From Amoebidium appalachense (lineage: Eukaryota > Protista > Ichthyosporea), in contig CAVNZM010000008.1 of assembly GCA_963693365.1 (NCBI GenBank), forward strand, positions 5,831,228-5,895,227: a stretch of 64,000 nt of DNA, given 5' to 3'. The notes below the pieces were generated by a model, which saw only the letters and a program-made list of their open reading frames with translations, had not been told where the DNA came from and did not search any database. A program made the translations under genes and the position numbers. The stretch's first letter is position 1, and every line of letters begins with the position of its first letter. Below are positions 57,955-64,000 of this stretch, piece by piece.

Positions 57955-59256
57955 GCATATGTGGGGAAGGGAGGGAGGAAGGGTGGGGGGAGGGGGGCGG
58001 GAGAGAGAGGGGGGCGGGGAGGGGGGGGGGATGGTATGGTTTTCTTTAGAATCCCCTGGACGAACACATGCACAATTGCCGAATATGGACATCAAGGGAA
58101 TTCCTATATTTTGGGGAGATTATGAAAATTGAAAAACAGAACCAATCAGGGAGATATAACAATTTTTCTTGGAAATGTAACCATTTTAACACGAACCATG
58201 TTTTTCATAACAGATGCGCAACACTCCCGGGTTCAAGGGGGAGATTGGGTCCGGCTGGCTGCAGGTGGCCAACCAATCAAACACCGGCCATATGGTTGGT
58301 AGCCTGCTGTTTGGCGTGGAGGGCCTACCATAAATGTAAAATGTTGCCACGTAATCTACCATATGTGACAACACGGGGAGTAACAGCTCTTTTTATGAAT
58401 GTCGTGTGCTAGTGTGTTATTCTTTCGGTAAAAATGAACAAACTAATATTAGGGTCTTACAGCTATACGTGGATATATGAATTCCAATAATGATGTCGGG
58501 TGGATCGGCTTTAAAGGAATACTATGTAAGCAAAGGACACTCAGTTACCATATTTGGGGCGTGAACCGCTGTTACCTTTGTTCACACATACACAGCGAAG
58601 GATCCATACTCCCGTTTTTTATATATATCTTTATATATCTTTAATTCATATGTATCAGCAAGAAATATTGCCGACAAATACCCTTTGCTATTGGCGAATG
58701 AATAACTCCCACCAGAGGTCAGTACTAGTACTACATCAAAATATCCAAATTTAGGGCGCATAGGTGGTGAATGATGTGACTTTGGAACACTTTGTTCTTG
58801 TATTGCATGTTGACGAATTTTGTGCATAAAAACGTACAACCGTGATTATCGTTAACACTGTTACACTCTAGTGTACATATCCCCCCATGTGTGTCGTATG
58901 ATGCGTACACGCACGTGTATACATAGGTTGAGTGGTCCAATGCATTCAACATTCATTCACTAATAAATCAAAAACTTGACACCATACCTGGCCTGTGAAA
59001 TACAGCCACACTACAGGCATGGCCTTTGCATCAACCTCAATATATAACCGTTCAGATATCCCCCCCCCCTCCCCCCCCCTCCCCCCTCCCCCCAGGGGAA
59101 ACTGCCGCAGGAAAGGCCGAAAATATAATCATTGGTAAACAAAAAGACGAAAACCGGTAAGATGACAATGCACTCACGAACAAGACAAAACCATAATTCT
59201 CAATATTAAACAAAATAAAAATACAAAATAAAATATCAATAAACAAACTATAAACA

Positions 59257-61928
59257 TCAGTAACCCCTCAGCTTTTTCAGCACCGCCGCCTCCTCCAACC
59301 TATCCACCTGCCGATATCTCGAAAATTGCAGCGACATGTTCGAATGTCCCCCCGTGAGGCTTCGCAAAATCGACGAATATCCCACCATGCTAGATAGCGG
59401 CACCTCGGCCTTCACCACCCTCGTCGTGTCCTCCCTATCCAACCCCTGAATTTCCGCCCGCCTCTGCGACGTCAGATCCTGAAGAACCCCCCTACGTAAT
59501 CGTCGCCGTCGATTGAAATTTCAAGATTCATAACGGGTTCCAACAGCGCCGGCTGGGCCTCCGATATCGCCTTGCTCAACGCCTGAGACATACACGCCGA
59601 AATCGCCTCCGGGGACGATCCCTGTCCGATCGATCCGTCCAAAAGCGCGATCTCGACGTTTGCAACCGGGTAGGAAAGTAGCGCCCCTCGGCTCAGGGCA
59701 GCCTGAATTCCTTCCTTCACCACAACGTTTAACCCCTTTGGGTCGATCGAGCGAAGGTTCGAACTCCCGGGAAGGCTGTTGACAAAAACGTAATTCTGCT
59801 GCCCGTCCGCGTCCGAATTTTCCGTGTTTTCGAGTGGCGAAACCGACACCGTCAGCATGGCGTTCTGTTTTTTCCCCGCGATCATACCGGAAAATTCAAC
59901 CGTTGCCTCCGCCTCGCTCGTGATGGTCTCCTTGTACGCCACCTGGATGGCGCCCGCCTCGATCTCCAAATTGTAATCCCTCGTCAGCCGATCGCGGATA
60001 ATCTCCAAATGCAATTCGCCCATACCGCTCAACACTCTCTGACCCGTCGCGGGGTCAGTGTGCACGTGGAAGGAAGGGTCCTCCCTCTGCATGCACTCCA
60101 AAGCGTGGACCAATGACGGCTCGTCTTTGCTGGAACACGGTTCCACCGTGCAGAAAAACACCGGGTCGGGTACCCTTAACCCCTCCAGGAAGAGGTTCTT
60201 ATTTCCATTTAAGGCAACTAGCGTATCCCCTGTTCTCGCCTTCTTAAGTCCCAAAGCGACGGCAATGTGCCCGGCCTCCACATCCTGAATCTCCCTATAC
60301 TCGTCCGCGTAGACCCGCAATAGGCGGCTCATCTTCTCCTTCGTCTTTCTTGTGTTGTTGTGCAGCTGCATTTTCGCGTTTAGTTTCCCCCTGTACACCC
60401 GAAAATATACCATGGCTCCCCGCTGCTGGTCGTGCACCACCTTGAAAGCAAGAGCGCACAAGTCCCCCGCCGGGTCAGGGGATATCCCGTCCGGGTGGTG
60501 CGCCTCTTCCGGCGAGGGGAGATATTCGCAAATTGCGTCCAAAAGCGGTTGGACCCCCTTATTTTTCAGCGCAGACCCGCACAACACGGGCACAGCCTTT
60601 CGCGCGCGCGTGGCCCGGCGCACCGCCGCCGTAATTTCCGCCGGGGGGGCATTTGAAAAATCGTCGATTTTTTCGAGAAATTCGTCGTCCACCTCCGCTA
60701 CCGCCTCGGCCAAAACCGTCCGTGCCTCGATCGCTTTTTCGTATATCTCGCCGTCATTTCCCGTAATTTCCGTCACCTTGAACTCCCTGCCGTCCCCCTC
60801 GTGCGCCCACTCGTACTTTTTCAAATTCACCAAATCCACCATCCCGTAAAAATCCCCCCACTGGCCCAGGGGCATCTGCAGTACGAGCGGATGGGCCCCC
60901 AATTTCGTCCTCATCATATCCACGGTCCTGTGCAAATTCGCGGCGCGCCTATCCATCTTGTTTACAAACGCAATTTTCGCCAAGTTATATCTCGTCGCCT
61001 GTCTCCAAACAGTGAGAGATTGTGCCTCCACGCCCGCAACCGCGTCGAAAACCGCGACGGCTCCATCCATAACTCTTAGGGCCCTTTCCACTTCGACGGT
61101 AAAATCGACGTGGCCTGGTGTGTCTATCAGATTGACCGTGTGCTCTGCCCAGTTGAATGTGATGGCGGCTGAGTTGATGGTGATGCCGCGTTCGCGCTCC
61201 TGCTTCATGTAGTCGAGAACCTGTGTGTGTGTGTGGGGGGGTGGGTGTGTGGGTGGGTGGGTGGGTGGGTGGGTGGGGGGGTGTTTGGGGTGAAGGGGGG
61301 AGGAGTGTGTGTGTGTGTGTGGGGGGGGCGGGGAGAATGAGGGGGTTGGGTTGCGTTGGGACGGGGGTGTGGGTGGAGGTGGGGGTGGTGGGGGTGGAGA
61401 TGTTGTTGTTAGTTGGATGTGTGTGTGTGTGTGTGTTTGAGGGGAAGGGGGGGGAGGGGAAGGGGGAGGGCGGAAGAGGGTGAGGGGGGAATATGTGCGT
61501 CCATGCGTGTGGGTGCACGTGTGTTTATGTACGTGTCTGTGAGCGAGAGTGTGTGTGAATGTGCGTGTGTGTATGTTCTGTGTGTTTGTAAGTTGAATGA
61601 GTATTGGGGAATCAGTGGTGGAAGAATACACCGCATGTAGCCCATGAAGGCAGGAGCTGAACGGTTTTAGACTGGTCTCCCCCCCGCTCCCCCTCAAACC
61701 CCCCCCCCCCCCCCCCCGCCCCCCAAAAAAAAAAAAAAAAAGAAAAGGAAAAAAGAAAAAAAAAGGAGAAAGAAAGAAAAAAAAACACGAAATCACCCCC
61801 CCCCCCCCCCCCCCCCCCCCCTCCCCCGACCCCCCAAAACACACACACACACACCAACACCACCCCTCCCCCCAGTGCCCCACGACCACTTCCAGCATCC
61901 GCCGTGCCAAACGGCTTCCCCCCCCTAA

Positions 61929-61974
<46 letters not shown>

Positions 61975-63325
61975 ATAAAAAAAATAAAAATCAGAAACAG
62001 TACATAAAGGACAAGGAAGAAAGAAAAAAGAACAAGAACGGGAAACCGAATATGGGCGATACCAACCCCCCCCCCCCCCCCCCCCCAAGCCCCCCACCTC
62101 CGCCAATCCTCCTCCTTACTATAACCCACACCTCCCCCTACACAGCCACGTATACATAAACCCGCTTACGTACGACTAAACAGGACAAGCTCCCCCCCCC
62201 CCCCCCCCCCCCACCCCACCCCCCACCACCACATTTATTTGCAGAAACCAATGAACTAGAAATTATACACCACCTATCTCTAGATGTATAAAAAAAATAA
62301 AACACAAAAAAACCAATAAAAGAGAAATACCCCCCTCCCCCCTCCCCCCCCCCCACAAAAAAACCTACCAACTCACCAACATTCTTCCGCTAGACTCAAA
62401 GCAAATTAAGCAAACGCAACACCAACGTGTGTTTCAGCCCCCCCCCCCCCCCCCCCCCCCTCCCTCCCTCTGCCCAATCCCCCCCCCCCCCCCCTTTCTT
62501 TGGGGGGGGGGGGGGGGGGGGAGGGGCATGACACAAGTATAGAGCAACAACGTAGCCCCACCCATCGCTATTTTGTAAAACCTTTCCTGCCTCCTTCCCT
62601 TTCTGACCTTTAGCCCCGACACCAAGCATAAATTTAAACCCGACCCTCTCCCCTCCATTCCTTTCACATGAAAACCCAACCCTCTCCCCTTCCTTCCTTT
62701 CACATATCTCCCCTCTCGTCGTCCAACCCCCCCCCCCCCCTCCCCCTCTCCCCCACACCCCCGGCCAGCCCCCCCCCCCCTTCCCCCCCTTCCCCCCCTT
62801 CCCCTCCCCCCTCCCCCCCCTCCCCCCTTTAAAAAAAAAAAAAACACACACACCGAACAACATCAACCAGCCAAAACCTACCCACTAGCAGCGCCTGCCT
62901 ATCCACCCAGGAACCCACCTACACCACCCATCCACGCACTCCGTCCCCCCCCCCCCTCCCCCCCTTCCCTCCCACGCCACCCTCCCCCTCTATACCCCTA
63001 CAACACACACACACGAACCCACACACACACGGATACCCACCGTGTCACCGTCATCCACGTCCCCCAAGTTGCGTGTAAACCCCGAGTAGAACAGCATCCT
63101 CTCAGAGGTGGTCGTCTTCCCAGCATCAATGTGCGCCATAACGCCAATGTTGCGCACGCGGCTAAGAGAAGACATGAAGCGACATTGGTTCGTCACCACA
63201 CGAGGAACAAGTGACAGGTGTGAAAGGGAGGATGAGGAAAAGTTGAATAGAGCACGAAGGGATGCATCTCTGTGTGCATGGGCGTGAGCACACAAAGAGG
63301 AGCTGAGTGTACGAATGGCCGCCAT
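59257..63325 (-). CDS. GFM2: Mitochondrial elongation factor G2 / ribosome-releasing factor 2 (exons 63325-63041 and 61220-59257; 1-nt frameshift at ~59490)
   Basis: Ser/Arg-rich presequence, [77 protein letters not shown]. Confidence 0.9.
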
Positions 63326-64000
63326 CTTGATCGTAAAATTTATCTTCAAATGCCACCCAAAACGACGTTTTTTAGTGTATTTTTACCTTGAAACCTATAC
63401 CTATTCCCGCCATACAACCTAGCTTAGTCGAAGTTCTGTTTCCCCATGCAAAAAAACCAACCGACTACACCCTGTTAAGGCAAGCTCATGGGGACGAAAC
63501 ACTAGATATGCGGGAGAGAGTTAATTTGCAATGGTGAGTCAGAGAGAACAAGGTGGAGATGGGATGGGATCTTCACCCCCCCAAAAAAGGTGTTAAACGA
63601 AAAAAAAAAAAAAAAGTCAATTGAAAACCACCAGCGAAAAAAGGAAAGAAAAAGACGTGTGTGCACGCTGCCAGAAAAAAGCGATGCAGTTTTAGCCAAT
63701 CAAATGCATGGTGTTGAAAAGACCAATTAGAATAAAGAATTTTGCGCAACGTTTGCGCAAACGCTGTCTGGCGTGACTCAGAGCAGATATGGCACAAGTA
63801 AGGGTATCTACTCCCGCTAGACTAGGTGAACCCCTGTCTCAAAAGGAAAGCTTGCGCCGGCTTGCTAGTATGAATCGATTTGGCCCCCCTGCTCGTATTA
63901 TTGGTGATACCACTGGAGACCCCCTCATAGACTCTGATAAGTATTTCTCGGAACTGTTTAAAGATAGGACCCCCGCTCAGAAACCTATTGTGTGGCCTGT

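Noticed and set aside
61221-62129. N-terminal ~300 aa of the 885-aa ORF
   Set aside because: It is intron sequence. EF-G homology starts at the acceptor (61220) and joins exon 1 at 63041.

Overview
Eukaryotic nuclear DNA, intron-rich and dense in (CA)n/(GT)n, (CT)n and poly-C/G tracts. It looks like a protist or unicellular opisthokont, but I cannot fix the taxon. Most ORF-track entries are microsatellite read-throughs. The first ~30 kb is a nested transposon cluster: (1) the 3' half of a Ty1/copia element; (2) two inverted near-identical copies of an intron-containing pogo-like DNA transposon; (3) a 1.09-kb TRIM-like mini LTR element; (4) a Ngaro/DIRS tyrosine-recombinase retrotransposon; (5) a spliced OTU-CXC-Myb/SANT-Zn-ribbon gene with subterminal repeats; (6) a second TA-flanked TIR element. 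A pseudogenised paralog of the PAN-domain gene has exon 1 on the minus strand and exons 2-4 on the plus strand, which points to an ~8.7-kb inversion between the two pogo copies. The right half holds a DUF1749-type alpha/beta hydrolase gene, a 5'-truncated LINE, a 13-exon secreted protein gene (6 PAN/apple modules, all introns phase 1) and mitochondrial EF-G2. All exon models and domain calls were made by eye.
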